A DNA stretch of 64,000 bases from Histomonas meleagridis 2922-C6/04-290x (GCA_020184695.1 JAANOX010000035.1:186001-250000), one strand, 5' to 3'; numbered from the stretch's first letter, positions 30,737 through 42,455 are shown. Made by a program: numbers and translations. Notes: generated from the letters alone by a model not told the origin.

Positions 30737-32916
30737 TTACGTTGAATTAAATTCTATGTAATTTTGTAATAATTCAACAATTTCTGTGTAATTACACAAA
30801 GAGGCAATTGTAAGTGCTGTTTCAAATAATTTAAACAATATCCACATTCTATTATCAAACATTAAAAAATCATTATAAATCATAATAAAAACAAATAAAT
30901 ATCTTTAGCATTAACATCAATTCCTCCGTGTTCAAGAAGTAATTTAACAATTTTTTTGTAACCATTTAAAGATGCAAACATAAGTGCTGTTTCACAAGAT
31001 TTAAATAATTTCCAAATATTATAAGAAATTATTGAATTATTATAATATATTTGAAGCCAAACAAACAAATGTTTTTAGCATTAACATCAATTTCTTCTTG
31101 TTCAAGAAGTAATTTAACAATTTTTTTGTTTCCATTAAATGATGCTAACATAAGAGCAGTATCGAATACTTCAGATGATTTCCAAATAAAATTTTGAAAT
31201 AAAAATTTTTTTGAGTAAATAGTTAATGAATTATACAAACTTTAGCATTAATATTAATTCCTTTTTGCCCAATAAGTATATTAACAATTTCTGTATAACC
31301 TTTTAAAGAAGCATATATGAGTGCTGTTTTAACTAATTTAAATAAATATCAAATATTACCTCAAAACATAAAATCTTTGAAAGAAAATCGAAATAAAAAA
31401 AATAAATATCTTCGTTATTAATATTAATTCCTTTTTGCATAAGAAGTAATTCTACTATTTCTTTGTGGTTACTTTTTGATGCCGATATAAGTGCTGTTCA
31501 AAAGAAATTAAATTTCTCCCGTATATTATTATTAAAAATTATATCATTAAAATAAGCATAAAATAAAACTAATGAATATCTCTATCATTAATATCAATTT
31601 CTTTTTGTTTAAGAAGCAATTTAACAATTTCAATATGACCCTTTCCAGATGCTTTTATTAATGATGTTTTAAATATTTTAAATAATTTCCAAATATTGTT
31701 TTGAAATCCAAAATTATTTGAGTAAAGATAGAATTTGTTATTCAAACATTTTTTTCATTAATGTTAATACATTTTTTCCTTAAAATATATTTAACAAGTT
31801 CAAAATTACCTGATTCTGATGAAAATATCAAAATATGTTTTGGTATTCGTTTTAATTTAATAAAATATTTTACTAAAAACATATTTCCATTTCTTGCTGA
31901 CTCATTAATAATATCATCATTAATGTGCATTCCTTCTTTTAGTAAAAATGCGAAAATATCATAATTATGATATGAAATACATTTTTTCCCTAATTTTTCT
32001 AAGCTATGAATTTCTTCAATTTTATTTTCATAAATATATTTAAAGATATCATTTTTATGTAATTCAATTGCGATTTCATATGCACCTTTAAATGATGAAT
32101 GATTTTGTTCACATAAATGAATAATTTCTTCATTTCCACCTGCAACTGCATATTTACCTGTGTTTTCTACATTAGCACCATTCATAAGTAAATATTTAAA
32201 ACATTTAACATCAGAAAAAAATGCTGCATAATCAATTAATGTAACATTTTCTTTATTAACAAAATCACATATTTCATAAAGTGAAGGTTTTATTATTTGA
32301 TTAAAGTCAAAATCATTTTGTGATGATATTTCTTGAAGTTTTTCTATTTCATCATTTCGAATTATTATTGCAATTTTATTCGGATTATGTCCTTCTTTAA
32401 TTAATTTCTTGTGTAATTCCCATCATTCATTGAAAGTTCTTTGTAATTTTCTCTTACATAATACGAAAATCTATCATTTAATTTTTTTATTTCTTTATTT
32501 GACATATATTGCATAAAATATGAATTTTTTATATTTCCTATGTTTTTTTGATCAAGTAAATTACTTTCAATCATTTTCGTAAGAAGATAGTATGATTCTT
32601 GTGTCTTTTCATCATGAAGAAAATGTTCATATACATCAAAAATGTTTGTTTCTATATAAATTTTCACTTCTAATTTTTTAATTTCTTTAAGAAAATCCAA
32701 ATATAAATCAACTTCATTCATTCGCATAACCACAGCTACATGTACAATTTTAATGATAATTAAATTAAAAGAATTTGAATGAATATTATCAAATTTGTTA
32801 ATAATTGATATTGCATATTGAAAAATACTTTCGTTGTTTAAATTAAAAATTAAACACTTAATGTATCGTAATGTTTCCCATTCATTCTCATATTTTGTTT
32901 TAGAAATTGCTTTCAT
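30737..32916 (-). pseudogene. DUF3447-type ankyrin gene 2: one 1-nt deletion near 32421, then six ankyrin modules each preceded by an 80-nt spacer
   Basis: ORF 32401-32916 joins ORF 31742-32185 if one T is restored (NDWELHKKL, as in gene 1). Module Thr codons at 31667, 31497, 31327, 31160, 30990 and 30820. Ends TALTIASLCNYTEIVELLQNYIEFNST* at 30737. Confidence 0.85.
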
Positions 32917-33370
32917 TCATCATGTCACTTTTATGAATAAGCTATTGATTAACCCTAGTGAAAAAGTTGATTTTTTGAATCGATATTGATCGTGGAAGTT
33001 CAAAAATTTTTTTCAATTAGCTTCGTGAAATTATCTTGTAGCCATTTAACACACAATTTAGATAATATTACATTAATATGGCATTAGATCTTTACTATTA
33101 TCATTATTACTTTGCAATTGTATATCTATTTTTTTTATTATTTAATTCAACTAAATAACTGCAAGATATAACATTTTGGTAATATTTTCCTCACTAATTC
33201 ACTTTCATTTATATGCAATATACAACAGTTTTTTTTATTAGAAGTCTCATGTGTGCAATTGAAGAAATAAGAACATATTTAAAACATTAATTAATCGACT
33301 TAAGTCTTACAATAATTATTTCAGAAATGATTTTTACAAAAAAAAAATGTTATTTTCATATTCAAAAAAA

Positions 33371-34012
33371 CTAATTAAACAACCTTAAAATAAAACAACC
33401 TGATTTTTTCTTATCTGTTTTTTCGTTTGATTGTGCAGGATTGACTACAGTAACGGGTTGCTCAGAATTGTAGGATTCTAAATGTTTCTTCGCAATATAT
33501 TGAAATAAGGCTTCGATTCCTTCGCCCGTAAGTGCACTTGTTTCGAAATATGGTATAGATTCTGATATGGAACTTGCTTTCTGTTGGCCTTCTTCAAATG
33601 ATACTTCTCTATTTTGAAGATCAGTCATATTACCACAAATGGCTATATTAGTAGTATTGTTGATCTCAACAACATCGCTATACCATTCACCAACATTTTC
33701 AAATGAACTGCGGCCATTCTTTTGTGCTTTATTATAACTTCCAACAGCAAAAACGATTATAACTGCATGGACATTCCGATAATAATTTTTTGTAAGAGAC
33801 TTATACACTTCTTGCCCAGCTGTATCAACAATTTCTATGGTAATTTCCTTTCCATTTATGATGAAATCTTTTTCAAAAATTTCAGCACATGGCGTATGAC
33901 CTATGTTGGGTTGAAATGAATTATAAGCAAAGCGTACTGCAATTGCGGTTTTTCCAACAGCTGTATCTCCAACCATTGCAACCTTGAGCTTGATTTTACC
34001 ATCAGGTTCCAT
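33371..34012 (-). CDS. Divergent Rab-family small GTPase
   Basis: GDTAVGKT, DTAGQE, GNMTD, ETSALTG, YYRNV. ATG 34012 preferred over TTG 34027. AAAGTGAC at 34073-34080. Confidence 0.9.
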   Translation of the reverse strand: MEPDGKIKLKVAMVGDTAVGKTAIAVRFAYNSFQPNIGHTPCAEIFEKDFIINGKEITIEIVDTAGQEVYKSLTKNYYRNVHAVIIVFAVGSYNKAQKNGRSSFENVGEWYSDVVEINNTTNIAICGNMTDLQNREVSFEEGQQKASSISESIPYFETSALTGEGIEALFQYIAKKHLESYNSEQPVTVVNPAQSNEKTDKKKSGCFILRLFN

Positions 34013-34283
34013 AGCACTTATTCTCAAAATTCCTTCGGACCAAATATCAATTCAATTTTTCAGACGCATTCAGTCACTTTCTTTGTTGTTGAATGGCATT
34101 TTTATCAGTTTTTGAAAAATTGAGAAGGAAATATTTTTTTGCTTTTATCTCAATAAATATTCTACAATTTTTTTTAAAACTTAATAAACTTGATTAATAA
34201 TCATAATAAGCCATAAAAAACCTATGTATGACATAATTCTAATGCTCAATTTTTCAAAGTTTTCATACATTTTCGAGATCTCA

Positions 34284-34390
34284 AATTAATGGTTTAATTA
34301 TAATTTAATTAATGGTTTAATTATAATTATAATTTAATTAATGGTTTAATTATAATTATAATTTAATTAATGGTTTAATCAATTATAATT
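34284..34390. repeat. AT-rich minisatellite, four copies of AATTAATGGTTTAAT (periods 23, 29, 29)
   Basis: Units start at 34284, 34307, 34336 and 34365. Confidence 0.85.
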
Positions 34391-34970
34391 GATTTTGAAT
34401 TGTGTTAGATCAAAAATAATTCAATTAGAAAAAATATTTAAAATAATAATATCTTATAAAAAATATAATAAATTACAAAATAAAGCGAATGAGCTAAGAA
34501 CCTTTCGCATCGTAAATTATTTAATCTCATATTATCGCATAACTACTTGCTTAATTGATTAAATTTATGTTTATACATTATATAAACAATACCATGTACT
34601 GACATTTATGATTGTGATGGTGTGGTCACGTTTTGGAACTAAAAATGATGAATTTTACCGAGAAAATCTTAATTAATTAAAATATGACGATAAAAAATTT
34701 GTGTGTCTATCGTTAAAAAATGTGATGAACGGTTCGAAATTTTGTGACCATTTTTTGTATAGAATTGAAAATTAATTTCCCATTTTTGCAAAAGAGATAA
34801 AGATTATTGATTGTTCTATCTCCTGATATTGGAGTTCGTAAAAATACAAATCAAGTTCTTTTCATTTTGAATCTCATATACAATTTTAAAAAAACATATC
34901 TTTTCACATATTCGAAATTTTAGATGTTTAGCATTTTATGCTGAAGAATCATCAAAAAATAAAAACATAT

Positions 34971-35942
34971 TTATTCATAATAATTTTCATATCCTTCAAC
35001 AAGTTTATCATTTGACATATTTTTCCAAGGTGAATAAAAAGGCGACAAATAAAGGTACCATTTGTTTCTTGGACCAAACGCATCTTCGATATTCTCCAAT
35101 ATTGTTGGCTTTGTAAATTTTTCTCTTGGTATTTCTGCTGTTCTTTCCCATGAAGTTGTTCCTAGCAACACAAAAGCAAATGTTGATGCTGAAAACGATA
35201 ATGCAAATGAACCCAAATGAAATGCAGAATAAAATATTGCAATTTTAATTAGAAAAGAAAAATTAAATAACCCATAGTTATTAGATTTAATATCTCGATA
35301 ACAAAGAATTACAAATGTGGTACAGATAATAATACTAAATAAAAAGCCATAAAATGTAAAAAGAATGAAAAATTTAATGTTACGCTTTCCAATCCATGTT
35401 TGCGTCCAATTACAATAATGATCCGGTCGAATTACTATACGAGCTGCAGATTTGGAGACAATAGATCTTGGAGGTCGTGGTTGATTACGTGCCCATTTAA
35501 GTTGTTCGGGCGTAGTTATAATCCCTTCTGGACCAGGATCAAATTTTGGTAGAAGAGTATCAAGTTCTGTAGGTTCATTTTGGTTTGTAATATCATCTGA
35601 AGATTGTTCATATGCCCAATAAAATGGATAATAGCCAGGGCCATCATGAATAGTACGGAAAAATGATGAAAGATATAAAAAATCAATGAAAATTGCAAAA
35701 AATAATATCAGATAATAATGTTTGAAATAATGTGTATAATAATAAAATAAAATTAATATATATCCAATACCAATAATTGGTGATGCTGATGGTGTTAATG
35801 GATGAAATATCCATGAACCTAATAAAATTAAATTTGAATTATCCATTTTAAGAAAATTAATTCCGAAATGTTTTTCATATTTACCGGAACTATATCCAGG
35901 AAAAGGAATATCTTCTGTTACTCTTTTATAAGGTCTTGTCAT
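34971..35942 (-). CDS. DHHC-family protein S-acyltransferase with DHYC motif
   Basis: RPPRS...RPDHYCNW...WIGKRNIKFF, TTSWE (TTxE-like), four hydrophobic segments. ATG 35942 preferred. Confidence 0.88.
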   Translation of the reverse strand: MTRPYKRVTEDIPFPGYSSGKYEKHFGINFLKMDNSNLILLGSWIFHPLTPSASPIIGIGYILILFYYYTHYFKHYYLILFFAIFIDFLYLSSFFRTIHDGPGYYPFYWAYEQSSDDITNQNEPTELDTLLPKFDPGPEGIITTPEQLKWARNQPRPPRSIVSKSAARIVIRPDHYCNWTQTWIGKRNIKFFILFTFYGFLFSIIICTTFVILCYRDIKSNNYGLFNFSFLIKIAIFYSAFHLGSFALSFSASTFAFVLLGTTSWERTAEIPREKFTKPTILENIEDAFGPRNKWYLYLSPFYSPWKNMSNDKLVEGYENYYE

Positions 35943-35997
35943 TAAAATATTTTTCTTAAGTTTTTGTTCATAGACATGTGATATGAAAATAATCAAA

Positions 35998-36186
35998 ATG
36001 AGTGAATATTATGATAATTTATTCCCACAAGATTGGAATGATCCAATATCACCAGAACGAAAAGAGTCCCAACAATACAAAGAAATGATGACAGCGATTT
36101 CAAAGGTTGAGGAACAACAAAGAAATTCCGGATTTGATGACGACGACTTTGACATTCCGACCTTTCCACGTCCACATCGTAGGTGA
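35998..36186 (+). CDS. Small acidic protein, 62 aa, unknown function
   Basis: MSEYYDNLFPQDWNDPISPERKESQQYKEMMTAISKVEEQQRNSGFDDDDFDIPTFPRPHRR. It fills the gap between two genes, is more GC-rich than local intergenic DNA, and has TCAAAATG start context. Confidence 0.55.
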   Translation: MSEYYDNLFPQDWNDPISPERKESQQYKEMMTAISKVEEQQRNSGFDDDDFDIPTFPRPHRR

Positions 36187-36251
36187 AAGCGCCCATGGAG
36201 AGCACAACGAAAGCCACACAAATATGTTTAAATAAATTATTTTTCCTTTAT

Positions 36252-39200
36252 TTAAGCGAATCCAAAAGTATTGCATTCTTGGATTGCCATCATTAATTTC
36301 TCTTCCAATTCCTTTTCGCTACTATAAGTTGGGAGGTCCAATCTATTACTACAAGTATGAGCGCAAGGAAGTCTTTCATGGCCACCTCCAGGTCCTATTC
36401 TAATTTCTCTACCCATATCAGCTAAGGCACGGAATCCACCAACAGGAATTTGTGAAGAACCAGTTAAGAACAGAAGGAATTTCGCCTTAAATTCTGGGCC
36501 ACACCTTTCGAGAACGTTAAACAGCCAAACGATAATTTGATGATCGGCATGATATGGCCTATCGTACACGCAATTTTTCTTTAAGTCTTCAATATCTATT
36601 TCAGGCAACCCGCAAATCAACAAATCCAATTCGTTTGGCTTGAACATCTTTAAGTCTTCAATTGGGATCAAAGAATAAAATCCTTCACAAAAAGCGTCAG
36701 TTTGAGCCTTAATTGAAGTGACCAATCTATTTTGTATCATTAATCGAATGAACTCTTCTTTGTTTTCTTCATTAATTCGAATGTTTTCACCATTAGGAAC
36801 TAATTCAACAGTTTTATGTACTCCCATATCATCGATGTCTACAGTGAAAGGCATATCTAATTCATCTTCATCGACTTTATTATTCTTAATCCAAATCAAT
36901 GACTTATATAATCGTTCATCTGAGTCTTCAATATCTTGTAAATCCATTGGTAACTTTAACAATGACTTTAAAAATGCTCTTGTTAAATGCGCTTCGACAC
37001 ATATACCTTCTATGATAGTTCTCGCGAGCATTTTACCAGCAAATCGAAAGTATGCGATGTGATCTGGATTAAAGTATGATGAAATTGATGGCTGGAAACT
37101 TCTCAGATTTGATGAAGGAGTAAATAATGCATAGTTTGGATTAAATAATTCTTTGATTAATAATGAGAACCAACTACGCTTAATGCCGCCTGCATCAATA
37201 CCTTCTTCACCAATGAACTTAATGTTATATTCACTAAGTAAGTCACAAGCCTTTCGTTGTAAGCTTTTGAATGAATCAACTAAAACATGATCACGACGTA
37301 CTTTAATACGTATTGTGTTGGAATGATTGATTTTACCAAATTGGATACGATGAAAGATTTGGATTCGTGGCTTAAGTAATAATATTTCGGGATAATTTTG
37401 AAGGAATTTTAATTCATTAAGTAAAACATCGGGATGTTCATCTAAGATACGTGTGAATAATTTTAAGTTATCACTAATGATTTGCCAAAATTCTGGCGCT
37501 TGCATTAATAATGGTTTAGGTATATGTAATGTCATATCTAATGATTGATTTGTATCAATACTTTGTGCCGAGTTTACTAATATTGACATTGATTGATTCC
37601 GTTTAGGACATAATATTGATAATAATTCTCCAATGATTGGTAAGTTCTCTCGTTTATAATTTGTTAACATATCTTTTAACATTGTAATTAAATCAACATT
37701 ATAAGTTTCCACTAAGAAATCAAACTCATGTAAATACGTCAAAAGTATTTTGAATGAGTTCTGATCGTTGCCGCCTTGACATGCCGATATAACTTTTTCA
37801 AATGTCTTATTGATGTAAGGAGCAAGTTCACTAATGCACTTTTTAGGTACTTTAGATAACAAATTTAAAATTGGCATTTGTAACTCTTTAGTAGAATTAA
37901 GTTGGATACTAATTAATAATTGTAAAGCAGCGTTGGGTAAAGTCTCTAATTCAGGGTTAATTAATAACGATAAAGCTTTAATTAAGAATTTGAATGAATT
38001 AGTTGATGAAGGTACACGTAAAACATTTAGAATTAATTTCGAACATTTTTCATCGAATTGTTTAATGAATTTATCATTGGTTGACATTGAACTTACGAAA
38101 TCGATAACTTGATAAAATGTATAATTGAAAGAAGATTTCGAATCATCAGGTTTAAATCTAATTTTTTCTTTCAATAAATCGATAATACCATTTAATCCAA
38201 TGAAATTATATGTAATATTTTTAATTATTTGTAATACTTGTGATTTATACATAGAATGCTTATCGAATATAATTTCGATTAAAGTTTTATATAAATCATA
38301 TTGACAAAATTGATCAATAAGTAATTCATCAGGTCCAATATCATCCAAATTCTCTTCTTTAATTTTATTTAATGTTTCTAAGATCGGATATAATATTAAA
38401 TAATGTTCTGGTAATAATATTAATGAAGGCTTTTGTTGTATCCAACAATCGACCCAAACAGGTTTAGTAGTTAAGTAACGTTTCATAGCTGGTGTAATTT
38501 CATCAGGCATTCGAGGTAATGAATAATATAATATTGTTGATTGTAAATCTTCTGTTAAATGTTTAAAACCTTTAGCTGAAATACCTTTCGGTAAACCTTT
38601 AGTATGTTGTAAAGGTTCAGGCATATTATTTAATAGACGTGTACGATATTCATTAATATTAAATTTAAATGTACGATTTTTAAGTTTTTCAAATCGATCA
38701 TAAAACATATCTTTAATTAATTGATATATTTTAATATTATTTTGGATAAATATTAATGGGAATATATGTTGATCTGCAACTACAATTAAATTATTCGAAA
38801 ATGTAACTTCATAAGGATTTTCAACAATTGTTAATTCATCGATAATTGGCGCTGTAGTTTCATTAATATTATTTAACTTTTGGATGAAATAATCAGTTAA
38901 TTGCAATAGAATTTGTTTTGTAATTGTATCAATAGTTTTGTTTGGATGTTCTTTGTGGAAATAAAATTGGACAAAACTTAAGAAGTTATATTTAATTAAT
39001 GATGATATCATTACAAATTGTACAGTAGGAATTGTTAATAATGATTTAATAAGTAATAATATTATTAAAATTTGAGTATCTGAATATGTTTTAATGTTTG
39101 TAAGTAAATATGGTATAACTTTATCTAAACATTTAGGTGAATAACAAATATAATGTATTAATGCAATAGCTGAAGAAGATTTCTTTAACTTTCTTAAATC

Positions 39201-42194
39201 ATCATTTTGATCAATGTTTATGTCACCAATATAATTCTCAATAAGTTCAAAAGCTTTTAATGAAATTGTTAAAATTCGTTCGATATCTAACTCAACAAAT
39301 AAAAATGGTATTATATTAGCTATAATTTGTAATGTATAAAACGCATTTGGTGATTCATTATTTTCAGCTTCATTTAATAACTCATTAACAAAATCAATTA
39401 AATATTTCGAAAATGGATGTAATGGATATAATTCTGCACGTGATATAAACATATTTGGAACTCCATAAGGAATCGCATACATTTCATTTATAGCTTTACA
39501 TAATATATCTGGATATTGATTATATTGTTCGGTTAATGGATCTAATAATGTATCTATTTGTAATGAAAAACGATTATATACTTTCTCAATTAACATTCGA
39601 TAATGATTAATTCGTGCATTTTCATCTAATATTATTGTAAATATCATATTATAAAAATGATTTGTATTTAATTTAGTCTTATTCATTATAATATTAGTTA
39701 AATATTTAGGTGATATTTTCTCATATATTAAGTTTTGATTATTTTTCCCTAATAATCGTATTAATGTAGAAGAAAATGATAAATTTTCTTTTGATTCAAT
39801 AAATGGTTCTAATACCATAGGATCACCAAATTTAATTATAAATTTAATGATTTGTCGTGCTAATAAATAATCTTTTTCATTAATTGCATTCTTTAAAAAT
39901 TCTTCTAATATTTTATTATCATTTATATCTATAGGTGGTGGGTTTATACAAATTTTCTCATAAAATATAATAAAATTAGTTGAAATATTATTAGCATAAT
40001 CTTGGAAATATGGTAATATAAGATCAAATCCTAAAATAGATAAATTCATTTGAATATTTGAATGAGATTCAACTATAGCTTTTGATGAATTTACAAATAT
40101 TTCAAGAATATTTGGTAAATATTTTTGGAATTGACGTGATACTATTTGTGTATATTCTCTACGTCCTGAACTAATACTTAAAATTGAAGAAAGTAAATCT
40201 GCAAATGGTATACAATAAGGCATATCTATAATTGGTACATTAAATTCAAATAAATTAAAGACCATTTGTAATATAACAGTAATAGTTTTAATATCATTAA
40301 AAATTGATGAACTATTTCGTCGTAATAATTTAAGAAATTCAGTAATAACAAACGTTTGGAAATCAGTAACATTCTTATTCACTTTGAAATATACTGCAAA
40401 ATTAGCTTCATTTAAGAAGTTCATATTAACTAAGTTACAAATCCCAGAATAAATATCTCGAATAACACTTAAGAATTTAAATACTAATAAGAAGAATATT
40501 AATGAATTCTCTTCTAAGTTAATTATTGTCGGTAAACCTTTGTTACGAAAGACACAAACAGTAAATAAATTTGCTGCTGCAACTAAAGAAATAGCATTTA
40601 ATGTATTAAACTTAAAATCATATAATGAATATATATCTTTAAATTGTTTTAATACATAACTCTTAATTTCTTCAATAGATTCTGGTGTTTGTTCTTGTAT
40701 TGTAATTGATGGAATATCATTTTTAAATCCACGTAAATATAATAATAAACTATACCCATTAATAATATATGGCTCAAGTTCTTTATTGCTTAAATAAGGT
40801 ATGAAATTATTTGGATTCGATAACATTTCCCAATAATATGAATTACCTTGTTTAGCTAATAATATCAAATCTTTAAATCCTTGTTCATTAATAACATTAT
40901 TAGCATTTCGTCGATTCTTTAAGATCTCATAATATAAACGACATAATTCATATGAAAGATTTTCTTTGTTAATATCAAATAATCCATGTGTTAAATTAAT
41001 GAATTCTTTATCATCAGTAATTGTCATGTTAATATATTGTGCTGCTAATTGATATAAATTTGTTGAGTTTTGTAAAAATGTGTTCCAAAATTCAACACTA
41101 TGTGTCTTAAAGTTTGAACGATTATTCCTAAATAATGCTTCATATATAATATTAGAATTATCTTTGTTAATTAAATCTAATAATTCATCAAGTGGTATAA
41201 CATCAATAAAATTGGGATTATATTTGATGAAAAAGTTCGGATTAGTTTTATAATCAATGTATTTCTTGGCTGTGTTAGGATCTAACGTGAAATCGAAATT
41301 AGATAAATAATCCCAAATTTCAGGTGTGATTAATGTGGGATCACATGAAGATAATACACTAGAAATATTGATCTTGCATAAATCACATTTGGACTCAACG
41401 GTTTTTCGAAGATATGATATAATTGAATGCTTTTGGGGTGCCCTGATGATGAAGTTAAAAAGAAGTAAATAAAGCTTTTGAAAATCTTCATTAGGAATTA
41501 ATGGATATATCTGTTCTTCTGACTCAGCATCTAGGATTATAAGAAAGTCCATGCTAGAAATTAAATCTTTCGGATATGATTTGAAAAATTTATGTTCTGT
41601 AGCATAATGAACTAACATTGTTTTGAAGTTTTTGTGGATTTTACATTCAAATAGAAGTGGAAAATATTCATTTGCAATGTCTTCAGTTGGATTAGAATTA
41701 AGAAATATAAATGATAAAACATTAGCAGAAACATTCCGACTTAAATGAACTCCGTTGCAATCTAATTCGACTTTTGTCTTGTCGAGAAATTGTGGTTTGA
41801 GAATTTCTGCAATGTCTGAAAAATATTTGATAACTGTCTGTGGAACTTCTTTTTTGGCTTTGATAGCATCTACAACTAAAGACATCCCTACAATAACCAT
41901 CGTGATTGTAACATTATTTTGTTGAGCAAAATCGCCAAAAATGGATAACATTTCTGGATAATGTGAATAACATCTTCTTAAGAATGTATTAGCTTCAAGA
42001 TGAAATTGTATAGACGTTGAAGAGGGATCTAATAACAATTTCAAACATCTCAGAAAAATTGTTTTAACTTCTTCTAATGGTGGACACTCGTCATCTATAT
42101 CAATGATTGACTGCCTAATGCATTCTTCTGGCGTAGGGTTTTCGAAAACCATAGATGAGTTCTCAAAGAGAAGATCCATTGCAATTACTGTCAT
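36252..42194 (-). CDS. Large HECT E3 ubiquitin ligase (HUWE1/Tom1-like C-terminus)
   Basis: FIGEEGIDAGG, FNPNYALF, LLICG, FLLFLTGSS, RLPCAHTCSNRLDLPTY (catalytic Cys), terminal FGFA. Confidence 0.95.
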   Translation of the reverse strand: MTVIAMDLLFENSSMVFENPTPEECIRQSIIDIDDECPPLEEVKTIFLRCLKLLLDPSSTSIQFHLEANTFLRRCYSHYPEMLSIFGDFAQQNNVTITMVIVGMSLVVDAIKAKKEVPQTVIKYFSDIAEILKPQFLDKTKVELDCNGVHLSRNVSANVLSFIFLNSNPTEDIANEYFPLLFECKIHKNFKTMLVHYATEHKFFKSYPKDLISSMDFLIILDAESEEQIYPLIPNEDFQKLYLLLFNFIIRAPQKHSIISYLRKTVESKCDLCKINISSVLSSCDPTLITPEIWDYLSNFDFTLDPNTAKKYIDYKTNPNFFIKYNPNFIDVIPLDELLDLINKDNSNIIYEALFRNNRSNFKTHSVEFWNTFLQNSTNLYQLAAQYINMTITDDKEFINLTHGLFDINKENLSYELCRLYYEILKNRRNANNVINEQGFKDLILLAKQGNSYYWEMLSNPNNFIPYLSNKELEPYIINGYSLLLYLRGFKNDIPSITIQEQTPESIEEIKSYVLKQFKDIYSLYDFKFNTLNAISLVAAANLFTVCVFRNKGLPTIINLEENSLIFFLLVFKFLSVIRDIYSGICNLVNMNFLNEANFAVYFKVNKNVTDFQTFVITEFLKLLRRNSSSIFNDIKTITVILQMVFNLFEFNVPIIDMPYCIPFADLLSSILSISSGRREYTQIVSRQFQKYLPNILEIFVNSSKAIVESHSNIQMNLSILGFDLILPYFQDYANNISTNFIIFYEKICINPPPIDINDNKILEEFLKNAINEKDYLLARQIIKFIIKFGDPMVLEPFIESKENLSFSSTLIRLLGKNNQNLIYEKISPKYLTNIIMNKTKLNTNHFYNMIFTIILDENARINHYRMLIEKVYNRFSLQIDTLLDPLTEQYNQYPDILCKAINEMYAIPYGVPNMFISRAELYPLHPFSKYLIDFVNELLNEAENNESPNAFYTLQIIANIIPFLFVELDIERILTISLKAFELIENYIGDINIDQNDDLRKLKKSSSAIALIHYICYSPKCLDKVIPYLLTNIKTYSDTQILIILLLIKSLLTIPTVQFVMISSLIKYNFLSFVQFYFHKEHPNKTIDTITKQILLQLTDYFIQKLNNINETTAPIIDELTIVENPYEVTFSNNLIVVADQHIFPLIFIQNNIKIYQLIKDMFYDRFEKLKNRTFKFNINEYRTRLLNNMPEPLQHTKGLPKGISAKGFKHLTEDLQSTILYYSLPRMPDEITPAMKRYLTTKPVWVDCWIQQKPSLILLPEHYLILYPILETLNKIKEENLDDIGPDELLIDQFCQYDLYKTLIEIIFDKHSMYKSQVLQIIKNITYNFIGLNGIIDLLKEKIRFKPDDSKSSFNYTFYQVIDFVSSMSTNDKFIKQFDEKCSKLILNVLRVPSSTNSFKFLIKALSLLINPELETLPNAALQLLISIQLNSTKELQMPILNLLSKVPKKCISELAPYINKTFEKVISACQGGNDQNSFKILLTYLHEFDFLVETYNVDLITMLKDMLTNYKRENLPIIGELLSILCPKRNQSMSILVNSAQSIDTNQSLDMTLHIPKPLLMQAPEFWQIISDNLKLFTRILDEHPDVLLNELKFLQNYPEILLLKPRIQIFHRIQFGKINHSNTIRIKVRRDHVLVDSFKSLQRKACDLLSEYNIKFIGEEGIDAGGIKRSWFSLLIKELFNPNYALFTPSSNLRSFQPSISSYFNPDHIAYFRFAGKMLARTIIEGICVEAHLTRAFLKSLLKLPMDLQDIEDSDERLYKSLIWIKNNKVDEDELDMPFTVDIDDMGVHKTVELVPNGENIRINEENKEEFIRLMIQNRLVTSIKAQTDAFCEGFYSLIPIEDLKMFKPNELDLLICGLPEIDIEDLKKNCVYDRPYHADHQIIVWLFNVLERCGPEFKAKFLLFLTGSSQIPVGGFRALADMGREIRIGPGGGHERLPCAHTCSNRLDLPTYSSEKELEEKLMMAIQECNTFGFA

Positions 42195-42455
42195 TTTTTC
42201 CCTTATTCAATTTTATTTGGCAGTGAAAAAGTGGCAAAATTTCATTAACGTTAATTTTTTGTTGTATGTGTTGAACTTGTTGCCAGATTTATTTGTAGTT
42301 CTAACCAACAAAGGCAACAATAACAATTTTTCAAGTGCTTTATTTTCAGATAATTTTTCCATAAATTCCAAAATTATATTCGTATTTTACAACACAAAGA
42401 ACTTCTGCCATTGAAAGAAAGTTAAATTACGAAAAAGTTGCACTTAATATAAGGT

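Noticed and set aside
23979-31747. Alternative genetic code (stop read-through) as the explanation for interrupted ankyrin arrays
   Set aside because: 80-nt spacers shift the frame regardless of stops, and ordinary genes here end at TAA, TGA and TAG.
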